Virus record (IMG/VR): IMGVR_UViG_3300037067_011375
Coordinates: 1-64,000 of that record
Source: an uncultured virus (IMG/VR IMGVR_UViG_3300037067_011375)
Taxonomy: Duplodnaviria; Heunggongvirae; Uroviricota; Caudoviricetes
Direction: 5' to 3' (one strand)
DNA: 64,000 nucleotides
The translations under genes and the position numbers were made by a program. The notes under the pieces are model-generated. The model ran no database searches and was not told where the DNA came from. It saw nothing but the letters and a program-made list of their open reading frames with translations. Positions 28,263 to 37,024 of this stretch are shown here, in pieces (the stretch's first letter is position 1; every line of letters starts with the position of its first letter).

Positions 28263-30280
28263 GCCACGACAAGGCCAACCTGACCTTCATGAACGAAGCG
28301 GTGGACCACTACGCTGGCCAGACCAACCTGGTCCTGACGGCCTACCAAGATCGCGTTGCCGTGGGGTCCATAGAATACACCGAATACCACGGGGTCCCCA
28401 GCATCTCGATGGTGACGGTCCGGCCTCAATATCGTCGCCAAGGCATCGCGACTCAAATGCTTCGCTGGTTGCAACGGCAATACCCCGATGTCGAAATCGG
28501 AGGTCAGGACAACCTGACCGACCTGGGGGCCCAGTGGAGCCAGAATATTGCCTGGCAGGATCGACCTAATCCACGGTACCAAGAGTTGACCGAAGAAAAG
28601 GCCCAGTTGGAAGCCGAGGCCGACCGTTTAATGGCGGTGTTTGACCAGGGATCGGTGCCTAAAAACCAGTTGAACCAGCTCGGCGACGATATGAACCGGG
28701 TGCATGATCGGCTTTATCAGATCGAGGAGGAACTCCACGGGATGAAACCTGCCCGGCGTATTTTCACCGGGGCCACAGTGGAGCAACTGGACCAGCTATT
28801 TCCCCGGGCGGGCAAGCAGGTGGACGGTCGCGATGTTCGCCTCGGCCCTGTGGACAACACCGGGTCCATCGCGGCGTCGTTCAACGACTACGAAGTGCTG
28901 CCCGGTGTTAGAGAAATCCCCATGGGGTTGTTCGGTGATGCTCTGGACCCCTACAAATCCTACTACGCCAAAAACGATATTGAACGTTGCGAGGAACTGG
29001 CCGAAAAGATCAAAGATTCGGGCGAAATATCGCCCCTGATCATCGTGGTGGACCATGAAGGCTCCGAAGCCCCGTACATCCTGGAGGGTGGGCACCGAGG
29101 TTCGGCACTCTGGCTCCTGGGGGCCAAGTCATTCCCGGCTCTGGTTGTGCTGGACCAGGACGAAGTTGAAGACGACGTGGTCAAGACTGCCCAGACGGAA
29201 CGCCACGCCTACCTATACAGTGCGGCGGCCAAACGGTACCTGTACCACGTGACCCCGTATCAAAACCTTCAGGATATTGCAGAGTATGGACTAAAGCCCC
29301 ACACCAGTTACGTGCAAAAAGGCAAGGGTGTGTACCTCACGGAGGTCGCTGGTCTCCCAGCTTGGTGGCGCTGGGCTTACGACCGGTCTGGGTCCACGGT
29401 AGACTCGGTCACGAAAGAACATGTTTTTCTTGGTGCTGTGGTACTCAGGACCCCACTGCTCAGTCGCGCCGACCAGTTGAAACTGGACAAAATGGGCACT
29501 TGCGATGCTGAGGAGGAAGCTACTGCACCTAATAATCTGAGAAGGTTTTTCAATCCTGAGCGAGTTCTGCCCAAGCAAACCGCATGTTCTCCAGAACACC
29601 AACGGCGTTACAACGAGTTGGTCAAGCAGTTGACCGACAAGGCCAAGGCATACCGGCACCGTGGGACAGTTCCACCCCAAGACCTACAGGTCTGGACCGG
29701 TACCCGCTGGACCAATGTGGTCAACTGGACCAACGTGAAAGTCCCGTACAAGATCAAGGATTTGTTTGAATCGTTGGCAGCCAAGACCATGTACGACAAA
29801 AAGACTCTGCAGAAAACAGCCGAACCACTTTTTGACGAAGGTTTCGTGGGGAACCGCTGGGGCAGCCAAGGTGCCGGCCTGCTCCTGACCACGGGCGAAA
29901 AGGTCCTGCTGTTACTCCGGAGCGACGAGGTCGAGGAACCCGGGACCTGGGGGATTTCTGGCGGGGCGGTCAGGCGTGACTCCGACACGGGCGACTTCCA
30001 GGACCTCAAGCAGGCCGCCCTCCAGGAAGCCCGCGAGGAAATGGGCCGGGTGCCACCCCATCGAATCGTTGGCCAATGGGTCTACCAGGAAGGTCGGTTC
30101 CGCTACACCACATTCGTCGGGATGGTTGACCCCGAGGTTCTGGATCAATGGGAACCCAGGCTGAATTGGGAAAATGACGATTATGGCTGGTTCACACAAG
30201 ATGAACTGGCCGACCTGGACCTGCATTTCGGCGTCGTGGCGCTCCTGGACGCTCGCCCCGATTTGGTATTCAAGGAATAG
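28259..30280 (+). CDS. multidomain protein: GNAT, ParB/Srx-like, ART-like and Nudix domains
   Basis: GNAT VRPQYRRQGIATQML; ParB-like SPLIIV..ILEGGHR; ART-like LYHVT..I..GLKP..GVYLT; Nudix GTWGISGG...AALQEAREEMG; GTGA overlap start. Confidence 0.75.
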   Translation: MSHDKANLTFMNEAVDHYAGQTNLVLTAYQDRVAVGSIEYTEYHGVPSISMVTVRPQYRRQGIATQMLRWLQRQYPDVEIGGQDNLTDLGAQWSQNIAWQDRPNPRYQELTEEKAQLEAEADRLMAVFDQGSVPKNQLNQLGDDMNRVHDRLYQIEEELHGMKPARRIFTGATVEQLDQLFPRAGKQVDGRDVRLGPVDNTGSIAASFNDYEVLPGVREIPMGLFGDALDPYKSYYAKNDIERCEELAEKIKDSGEISPLIIVVDHEGSEAPYILEGGHRGSALWLLGAKSFPALVVLDQDEVEDDVVKTAQTERHAYLYSAAAKRYLYHVTPYQNLQDIAEYGLKPHTSYVQKGKGVYLTEVAGLPAWWRWAYDRSGSTVDSVTKEHVFLGAVVLRTPLLSRADQLKLDKMGTCDAEEEATAPNNLRRFFNPERVLPKQTACSPEHQRRYNELVKQLTDKAKAYRHRGTVPPQDLQVWTGTRWTNVVNWTNVKVPYKIKDLFESLAAKTMYDKKTLQKTAEPLFDEGFVGNRWGSQGAGLLLTTGEKVLLLLRSDEVEEPGTWGISGGAVRRDSDTGDFQDLKQAALQEAREEMGRVPPHRIVGQWVYQEGRFRYTTFVGMVDPEVLDQWEPRLNWENDDYGWFTQDELADLDLHFGVVALLDARPDLVFKE

Positions 30281-30286
30281 GCAATC

Positions 30287-30733
30287 ATGTTGCTGCGATA
30301 CAAGGGTGCTGTATACCAGGCGGTGAGCCAGGGTGCTCCTACCAGAACTGCGGCCACTCGACAAGCACGATTCTTTACTGTGGACGAAATGCGTGCTTTT
30401 GGTAGGAAGTCTCCCTACAGCGTGAAGATTTTGATGAAGGCCAGGGAAGGTTTGCGCCCATTGGGATTTTTAGGCATGACCTGCCAGCAAGAATATTGCT
30501 CCACTGACGCTGATTTTGCAGATGAGGCAACGGCCAAGACTGTCCACTATAAGGCGGCTGGGGTGCTCCACGCCGTGATGAGCCATTACGGCGAAGTCGC
30601 GAAGACACAAGATGGCAACAGCGTTGTTTTGCGCGTGGAGGCATCCGGCGTGGAAGCCACTGTCTCGTGGTCACGGGCCCGCTGTATGTGCGAAAATCCT
30701 TGGCATGTCACGGTCGTGTGCTACTGCGTTTAA
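30287..30733 (+). CDS. hypothetical protein with LRYKGAVY leader
   Basis: RBS AAGGA; leader tag followed by TRTA. Confidence 0.6.
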   Translation: MLLRYKGAVYQAVSQGAPTRTAATRQARFFTVDEMRAFGRKSPYSVKILMKAREGLRPLGFLGMTCQQEYCSTDADFADEATAKTVHYKAAGVLHAVMSHYGEVAKTQDGNSVVLRVEASGVEATVSWSRARCMCENPWHVTVVCYCV

Positions 30734-30759
30734 ACAGTGACAAGAAAGTTGGTGAAGTC

Positions 30760-31620
30760 ATGACCACCACGATCACCTTGGCTATCATGTTGGCGGTTTT
30801 CACTGGGGTGTTGTACGGGATTAAACGCTGGTGGCACCCTGGGGACCCCGCCGATATTCCCTTGGCCCACGTCGCCACCATGGGGATGGTGGCCGGTGTC
30901 TTGGCGGTCCTGGTGGGGTTCGGGTTCCTGTACCTGAGTTTCCAGTCGGCCCCGGTGCACCCGGCTGTCCAGCAAGCAATACAGGTCAAACCTGTGGTGT
31001 TCCGAGGGGTCACCCGGCGGGACGTCGTGGTCCAGTATCCTGGTGTCAGGGTCGTGGTCGACGACAGCGACCCCGGGGCCCCGCCGGTTGAGAATCTGCT
31101 GCTCCGGTGTCCTGCTCAAGACATTACCCACGTGCAACCTGACGGCTCGGTCCAGTGCGTCCAGGAGGGTACCGTAGCCGCCAGGGCGCTGTTGAGCCGG
31201 GGCCAAGATCTCCAGGATGTCCGAGATGCCACTCCATCGGTTCAAATCCAGGGATTCCTAACGACGGCCCCGGCCCAGGTCGCCACCGACGTGGCAGCCA
31301 GGAAGCCCATGGACCGGTACGCCGAGGTCGTCTATTTTGTCCTGACGTTCCTGGGGGTGCTGCTCCGGCTCTACTGGGATGTCGTGCAAGCCCCGAAAAC
31401 GGGACGACGTCGTGCCACCCTGCTGGCTCCCCAGACCCTGGTGACCAGTCTCGTGCTGGCCATCGCGACCTATGCCATGATCATCCAGAGTGGCTTGGCC
31501 GGGACTAGCGACCTCTTGACGTTCAAGACCGGGATTTTTGCTGTGTATAATGGCCTGCTTTCAAAATCTTTCCTGGACTTGGCAACATTGAAAACTGCCG
31601 CGACCCCCGCGAACCCGTAG
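30760..31620 (+). CDS. multi-pass membrane protein
   Basis: Two N-terminal and two to three C-terminal hydrophobic helices. Confidence 0.65.
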   Translation: MTTTITLAIMLAVFTGVLYGIKRWWHPGDPADIPLAHVATMGMVAGVLAVLVGFGFLYLSFQSAPVHPAVQQAIQVKPVVFRGVTRRDVVVQYPGVRVVVDDSDPGAPPVENLLLRCPAQDITHVQPDGSVQCVQEGTVAARALLSRGQDLQDVRDATPSVQIQGFLTTAPAQVATDVAARKPMDRYAEVVYFVLTFLGVLLRLYWDVVQAPKTGRRRATLLAPQTLVTSLVLAIATYAMIIQSGLAGTSDLLTFKTGIFAVYNGLLSKSFLDLATLKTAATPANP

Positions 31621-31645
31621 TAAGTACCTGGATACGAGGATTACG

Positions 31646-33247
31646 ATGCCACACCAAATTGTTGACCTTCGTGACCCCGCATGGAAACCCGCGAAGAACA
31701 GCATATTCTACGGAAGCGCCAGACGCGTCGAGTGGATGGGATCAGTGGGCAAAACCAAGATCTTTCTTTACCGCTGGGGCAACGGTAACCTCGTAGAATG
31801 GCGTGATCTATGCGACCAACTGCACGCTGACGGCGCTCCAGTGCAGGGTGTTGTACTGACCCGACAAGGTAGACTGATCGTCGAACACAGTATGGGTGAC
31901 ACGTCATGGTCGGGTGCACGTAATCGTTTTACTGGTGGGTTGCAACATGTTTTATTTCCTCTCCATGAGGCTGGGCTGATCCGCGACACCACCACGGTTT
32001 ACGCAGGCAACTGGGCGTCAGTGACGGGACAGCGTTTGGGCTTGGTCCGTGATTTATTGGCCCATCCCGAAGGATTGCCGGTGCCGAAGCGACTGGTTCT
32101 ATACCATGGGACCAACAGCAAGGCTGCCGAGGACATTTTGCACCTTGGCCTCCGGGCCGTGCCGGTGGACCAGCGGGCCTGGAAAGGGGATAGGTTGTCT
32201 CAGCATCCCAGCTACCGCCAAGAAGCCGTGTACCTGACGGTGGACCCCCAGCAAGCGCAATACTACGCCAAGAAAGCTGTCAATGTGGCACGGCGACGTG
32301 GATCCCAAGGAGTTAAACCGGTAGTATTGCGGATAACGATTCCCTCCGGAAGTATTAAAAATCTTCGTCCAGACGACGATTACTTGGCCAAGGTGCAGAA
32401 GTCTGAGCAAGACGTGGACTGGCTGGAATCACTGAAGTACATGTCGCAAGTGGCTTACCTAGGTAGCATCCCAGCCAATTGGATTAAGGTTGCGTGGGAA
32501 GGAGTCAAGGAAGAACAGAAATTGGCTGGTATTAAACCTACTATGACGATTCCTTCGCTCGACGATCTCCTGGCCCTGATGCATCCCGAGACCCTTGTGG
32601 CGGTTCGAGACACGTTGGAGCAGGACGCACGGCAACGACGAGAAATCCGTGACCCCACCGAAGCCGAGATCGTCAGGGAAGCAAAACGACTGGCTCTTGA
32701 ACAAAATCCTGACCTGCCTGGGCGGATCCGTCAGCGTCGCGATCCTCAAGACCGCACCAGGGCCCTGGTGGAACTGGATCAAGCCGTTGACAACTTGTAC
32801 CCCGAGGTCCAGGAGGCTTTGACTGCCCAGCGGGTTGACCAGGCGGTGCACCAGGGATTGCAGGACCGATATGATTTAGCCGTAGAAAATATCCAGGTGA
32901 TCGACGGCCTGGATTGCTTCCGGGTCATGACGTTGTCGAGAGACCAGGACCCAACCGTGCTGTCTCCGCTGGGCATTTTCTGGGCCCATGAGATCGACGG
33001 TGCTGGCGATTACTTCGTCACGGACCACTCTGCACGTAAGAGCCGCGGTGACGTTACCGTGATGTACCGGGCCAGGATCGATATTCAAGGCGTAGACATC
33101 ACCAAGACCCTGGTGAACAATCTGATTAATCCGCAAGAGACAGAAGTGCAGTTTCGCCCCGGGGCCGACATTTTCGTCTACGAAGTCCTGTGTCTGGAAG
33201 GCCAATGTCATGACGATGCCATTGTGGACGCTTGGCGAAAATGCTGA
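31646..33247 (+). CDS. multidomain protein with two ART-like domains
   Basis: LYHGT...ILHLGL...AVYLT...AQYYA...YLGSIP; second domain FRVM...LGIFW...QETEV after a KLA linker. Confidence 0.6.
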   Translation: MPHQIVDLRDPAWKPAKNSIFYGSARRVEWMGSVGKTKIFLYRWGNGNLVEWRDLCDQLHADGAPVQGVVLTRQGRLIVEHSMGDTSWSGARNRFTGGLQHVLFPLHEAGLIRDTTTVYAGNWASVTGQRLGLVRDLLAHPEGLPVPKRLVLYHGTNSKAAEDILHLGLRAVPVDQRAWKGDRLSQHPSYRQEAVYLTVDPQQAQYYAKKAVNVARRRGSQGVKPVVLRITIPSGSIKNLRPDDDYLAKVQKSEQDVDWLESLKYMSQVAYLGSIPANWIKVAWEGVKEEQKLAGIKPTMTIPSLDDLLALMHPETLVAVRDTLEQDARQRREIRDPTEAEIVREAKRLALEQNPDLPGRIRQRRDPQDRTRALVELDQAVDNLYPEVQEALTAQRVDQAVHQGLQDRYDLAVENIQVIDGLDCFRVMTLSRDQDPTVLSPLGIFWAHEIDGAGDYFVTDHSARKSRGDVTVMYRARIDIQGVDITKTLVNNLINPQETEVQFRPGADIFVYEVLCLEGQCHDDAIVDAWRKC

Positions 33248-33256
33248 TTTATCCTA

Positions 33257-33272
33257 CACGTTAATATCTATC
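33257..33272 (+). promoter_or_regulatory. CACGTTA-type putative late promoter
   Basis: CACGTTAATATCTATC, in the gap between genes. Confidence 0.5.
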
Positions 33273-33587
33273 GTGGAAATAAAATTGCCGGACCAACTGG
33301 TTCGCGAGCAAGCCATCAGGGCTTCTCGTGAGTACCTCACCACGTTCGCCAAGATTGTCCAGCAGGTCAGGGAAGTCCTTGCTGATATTCAAGGCCCCGA
33401 TGAACTTCGTCGATTTGGTGGAGAGTCGGGTGTCTTGGCCATGACGGCCGAGTCGGTTTTGTCAGAAACTCCATTCAGCGAACAAAATCAGGGTACCTGC
33501 CTTGCCTTTTGTTCACTGGCGTCGGTGATCAGGCGCGATATTGCCGACGGCACCTTGGCCCAGGCGGTCAAAAAGGAAACAACATGA
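33273..33587 (+). CDS. hypothetical protein
   Basis: GTG directly after the promoter motif; start uncertain. Confidence 0.5.
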   Translation: MEIKLPDQLVREQAIRASREYLTTFAKIVQQVREVLADIQGPDELRRFGGESGVLAMTAESVLSETPFSEQNQGTCLAFCSLASVIRRDIADGTLAQAVKKETT

Positions 33588-33874
33588 ATAGAATTATTCG
33601 TCACGCTGGACATCTGTACCGGGAAGTCAAGACCGCTGATGCTGTCCCGGCGGAAGACCCTGTCGAGTTCATGGAGCAACTTGGCGAAAACTACGCCAAG
33701 GATTTGGCCCGCCAGGGTCTACGACCATCCACCGGTGGCCAGCAGATGGATACTGACAGTTTCAACGCGTTCGAGAATCATTTTGACCGTGAAATGACCG
33801 ATGAGGAGCACGACGCCTGGTTCACAGGATTCAATCGTGCTGCCCAACGGTTGTTCAAAAACCGACATAAATAA
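33584..33874 (+). CDS. small acidic protein with IRHAGHLY...VKTA leader
   Basis: RBS AAGGA; basic leader then acidic body. Confidence 0.65.
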   Translation: MNRIIRHAGHLYREVKTADAVPAEDPVEFMEQLGENYAKDLARQGLRPSTGGQQMDTDSFNAFENHFDREMTDEEHDAWFTGFNRAAQRLFKNRHK

Positions 33875-33876
33875 TC

Positions 33877-34086
33877 ATGGAAGAAAAAGCCAAAGTCCAG
33901 GGAACCATGCGAGTGAATTGTTATGCTGTCCTCAGCGATTGCGTGGAACGTGGGGTGCAATCCGGTTGGTACCATGCCCACAAGCACACTGACGACCCCG
34001 ACGAGGAATCCATTCGGCGCCACGTTGTTGACGATGTCTTGAACGAAATCTGTGAGTACTTCAACTTTGACGATCTTGAGCAATAG
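33877..34086 (+). CDS. hypothetical protein
   Basis: Packed ORF. Confidence 0.55.
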   Translation: MEEKAKVQGTMRVNCYAVLSDCVERGVQSGWYHAHKHTDDPDEESIRRHVVDDVLNEICEYFNFDDLEQ

Positions 34087-34094
34087 GTACTGAA

Positions 34095-34982
34095 ATGCCA
34101 TTTGATCTTGGGATTGACCCTGGTGCGGATCCTGGCCTTGACCCTGTGGTTGATGAACCCGAGGTCAAGACCCCGGCGAAAAACTGGAAAGCCCATGAGT
34201 CGGAAATCATCCGGGCGATCCGGGATCAACTCGGACATCCTGGCGACGACCAGCGGGGCGAAGTTTCGCTCGTGGGCCCCAAGGTAGTCTCGACCTACGG
34301 GTCCAGTGACCTGGGCTACCAAATCAAGGGTTCTTTCCGGGCTAAGTTTCCGGTTCAGGGTCCAGGGCCCTACTGGTTCGTGGCGAACATTTCTCCTGAC
34401 GATACCCTGATGTTTCCGGTGATCACGACTGCTAATGATGGCAACCCCATCCGCGAGGCCCAGGTGAAACAGGTCAAAACTGCCGCCACGGATGTTCCGC
34501 ACCTTTTTGCCGCGACGGTCAAGCCGCTGGAAAATCTCTACCGCTTCTGGACCGCGGTGCTCAAAGAAGCGAAATCCCACGAGTCGGACTCCAGCACGTC
34601 GGTCTGTATTTCCAGCGAGCCCGGCGAGTACTCGATGTTTTCGGCCGACTGGATGGAGCGGGGGCTTCAGCAGACCATCGAGATGTTCCACGGGCTCTTG
34701 ACCTTGTGGAAAAGCAGCACCGCGGCCGTCAAGGCCATGCCGGTAGCCTATGCGTACTACAACCAGCTCGCGGGGATCCGTGAAGCCGTGGTCGACTTGT
34801 CCGAGCATGCCCTGGACCACCAGGTGGGCTTTTTCTGTATTGACCAGCGGGGTGTCCGGGCACTCTTGACCTTGATCACGCAGGCCCGCCGCGACGCCAT
34901 GGACTTGGCCAAATATTTGCCGTTGAAAATGGCTCCTCGACGTAAGCAAGCTGCTGTTTCACCGTGGCGCAGGCTTTCCTGA
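34095..34982 (+). CDS. two-module hypothetical protein with internal VKTA linker
   Basis: Packed ORF. Confidence 0.6.
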   Translation: MPFDLGIDPGADPGLDPVVDEPEVKTPAKNWKAHESEIIRAIRDQLGHPGDDQRGEVSLVGPKVVSTYGSSDLGYQIKGSFRAKFPVQGPGPYWFVANISPDDTLMFPVITTANDGNPIREAQVKQVKTAATDVPHLFAATVKPLENLYRFWTAVLKEAKSHESDSSTSVCISSEPGEYSMFSADWMERGLQQTIEMFHGLLTLWKSSTAAVKAMPVAYAYYNQLAGIREAVVDLSEHALDHQVGFFCIDQRGVRALLTLITQARRDAMDLAKYLPLKMAPRRKQAAVSPWRRLS

Positions 34983-35200
34983 TGGACCATCCAGTAAATC
35001 CCAATGCGGAGTCCAACGCGGCCCTGATGCTGGCGGCGGTCCGACAAATCATGGCGAGGGTCACGACCGTTGAGGATCAAATATTGGTCCTTAGCACTGA
35101 TTTAGAACAACATGGGGTAACCTGCGAGCAGTTGCGGGTCGCGATTGAGATGTTGCGACAGGACGTCACGGCCTTGAAGGCGGCGATTCCGCGAGATTAG
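34982..35200 (+). CDS. small coiled-coil protein
   Basis: TGATG overlap. Confidence 0.5.
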   Translation: MDHPVNPNAESNAALMLAAVRQIMARVTTVEDQILVLSTDLEQHGVTCEQLRVAIEMLRQDVTALKAAIPRD

Positions 35201-35216
35201 CACGTTACTTTATAGT
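35201..35216 (+). promoter_or_regulatory. CACGTTA-type putative late promoter
   Basis: CACGTTACTTTATAGT, identical to the copy at 44586. Confidence 0.65.
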
Positions 35217-35299
35217 GGTATGGAAATCCATGGTGATTTCCATGTGGAGCAATCATGGGCCTCTACCAGCAGTCCGCCAAGCACCTTAATCTTTAGTGG

Positions 35300-36591
35300 G
35301 TCTACTATTGTTATCATGCTGATTAAACGCGCGCACAAGGTGGAGCTGAGCCCAAACAAGGTGCAGGAACTGGCCCTGGCTAAGTCTGCCGGCGTTGCCC
35401 GTTTTGCGTACAACTATGGTCTTGAACTTCACGCACGGCACTACAAAGAAACCGGAAAACATCTTTCTGCTGTAAGTATGCATAAAATATTATGTGCAGA
35501 GAAAAAAGACAAGTTTCCATGGATGTACGAGGTGTCAAAATGTGCTCCACAGGAAGCGTTCTACAATGTGGAGGCCGCGTTCATAAATTTTTTCAAAAAG
35601 CGAAGTGCACATCCTAAATTTAAGAAAAAGGGGCGTAGTAAAGATTCTTTCACTCTCGACAATTCTGTTTTCAACACAAAAAGTATTAGAGGCCGAGGCG
35701 TACACCTGCCTAAAATAGGCACTGTTCGGTGTAAAGAAATTCTTAGTATTGAAGGCAGGATTCTGTCCGCCACAGTATCTAAGGATGCAGACCGATGGTT
35801 TATCTCAGTTATGCAAGAAGTCGAGATTGATTTAAGAGAAGAAGACAAACCCAAAGGGAATCCCATTGGGATTGACCTTGGGATTAAAACGCTAGTCACG
35901 ACGTCCGACGGTGAGGAAAAACAGGAATTTGTTCTTCCGTATTATCTGGACACAGAAGAAAAGAAAATAAAGAGAGCACAGAAGAGGCTTTCAAAGAAGG
36001 CAAAGAAGTCTAAAAACTGGTTCAAGCAGGGCATCAGGGTAGCACGACTCTACCGTAAGCTGCGGAACAAGCGTACTGATTTTATTCATAAAACGACGAC
36101 ACAACTGGCAAAAACCAAGTCAGTCATCGTCATGGAAGACCTTAACGTTAAAGGAATGGTGAAGAATCATTGTTTGGCCAAATCTATTAGCAACGCAGCT
36201 TTTGGTGAAATAAAGCGCCAACTTGAGTACAAAACTATTTGGTATGGGTCGGAGTTGATCATGGTGTCAAGGTGGTTCCCAAGCAGTAAAATGTGCTCAG
36301 CATGCGGCTTCATCAAGAAAGATTTGAGTTTGAGCGAAAGAACTTGGATCTGCCCTGATTGCCACACCGAGCATGAACGCGATTTTAATGCTGCGACTAA
36401 TATCTTGGTTGAAGGGCTAAAAATCAATACCGTGAGCCACACGGGAATTAACGCTTGTGGAGATGGGAGTTCATTTGTTGACTCGTCAACAAATCAGCCT
36501 GTCGTTGAAACAAGAAGGGGCCAATCCTCTATTCTTCAAAACAATGGAGGAGTATCCTCATGAGCGGCGATTGGACCCGAGTTTGGGGCGG
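35300..36591 (+). mobile_element. tnpB-only element, IS607-like (left end uncertain: 35234 or 35300)
   Basis: AT-rich island in a GC-rich context; ends in ...GGGGCGG; excision at a GG dinucleotide re-fuses ATG 35220 in frame with 36592-36958. Confidence 0.6.
35316..36563 (+). CDS. tnpB: TnpB RNA-guided endonuclease with Zn ribbon
   Basis: AGVARFAYN, PKFKKK, GIDLGIK, IVMEDLNV, PSSKMCSACG...CPDC..HERDFNAA. Confidence 0.93.
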   Translation: MLIKRAHKVELSPNKVQELALAKSAGVARFAYNYGLELHARHYKETGKHLSAVSMHKILCAEKKDKFPWMYEVSKCAPQEAFYNVEAAFINFFKKRSAHPKFKKKGRSKDSFTLDNSVFNTKSIRGRGVHLPKIGTVRCKEILSIEGRILSATVSKDADRWFISVMQEVEIDLREEDKPKGNPIGIDLGIKTLVTTSDGEEKQEFVLPYYLDTEEKKIKRAQKRLSKKAKKSKNWFKQGIRVARLYRKLRNKRTDFIHKTTTQLAKTKSVIVMEDLNVKGMVKNHCLAKSISNAAFGEIKRQLEYKTIWYGSELIMVSRWFPSSKMCSACGFIKKDLSLSERTWICPDCHTEHERDFNAATNILVEGLKINTVSHTGINACGDGSSFVDSSTNQPVVETRRGQSSILQNNGGVSS

Positions 36592-36958
36592 TGGAAGTAG
36601 TTGCGGGGGATCCTGCGACCAATACATCTGCATCCCGCGGTCCGCTGTGTCCAATCCACCGGAATCCACCACGTCGATCCTGGACGGTCTCCCGACCAAC
36701 ATCACGACCATCGGGGCCGCCATGTCGGTCTGGATGGAGCGGTTGCGGCGTCGCCTTGACGCCAAGAGTTGTCTCGTGACCGTCACGACCCTCAACACCA
36801 CGTATGTCGCGACACTGCCCGGCGCGACCGTGACCATGACGATCTCTGGCGGATATTTTCCGCTGTCGGTTCAGTACACCCGGGCCCAGTCCACTGGGTC
36901 CGCAACCTTTGACAATTTTCCCGCCGCGCTCGACTGGTTGGTCGCGCGTTTGGCATGA
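36560..36958 (+). CDS. C-terminal part of the interrupted Ser/Thr-rich gene, restarted from within the element
   Basis: GGAGG RBS and ATG 36560 overlap the tnpB stop codon, in frame with the GC-rich downstream sequence. Confidence 0.55.
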   Translation: MSGDWTRVWGGGSSCGGSCDQYICIPRSAVSNPPESTTSILDGLPTNITTIGAAMSVWMERLRRRLDAKSCLVTVTTLNTTYVATLPGATVTMTISGGYFPLSVQYTRAQSTGSATFDNFPAALDWLVARLA

Positions 36959-37024
36959 CGACCGCGTCTCACCTTTCAACTATACCAACGCGGCGTTCAC
37001 GATCACATCAGGAGGATTTTGACC

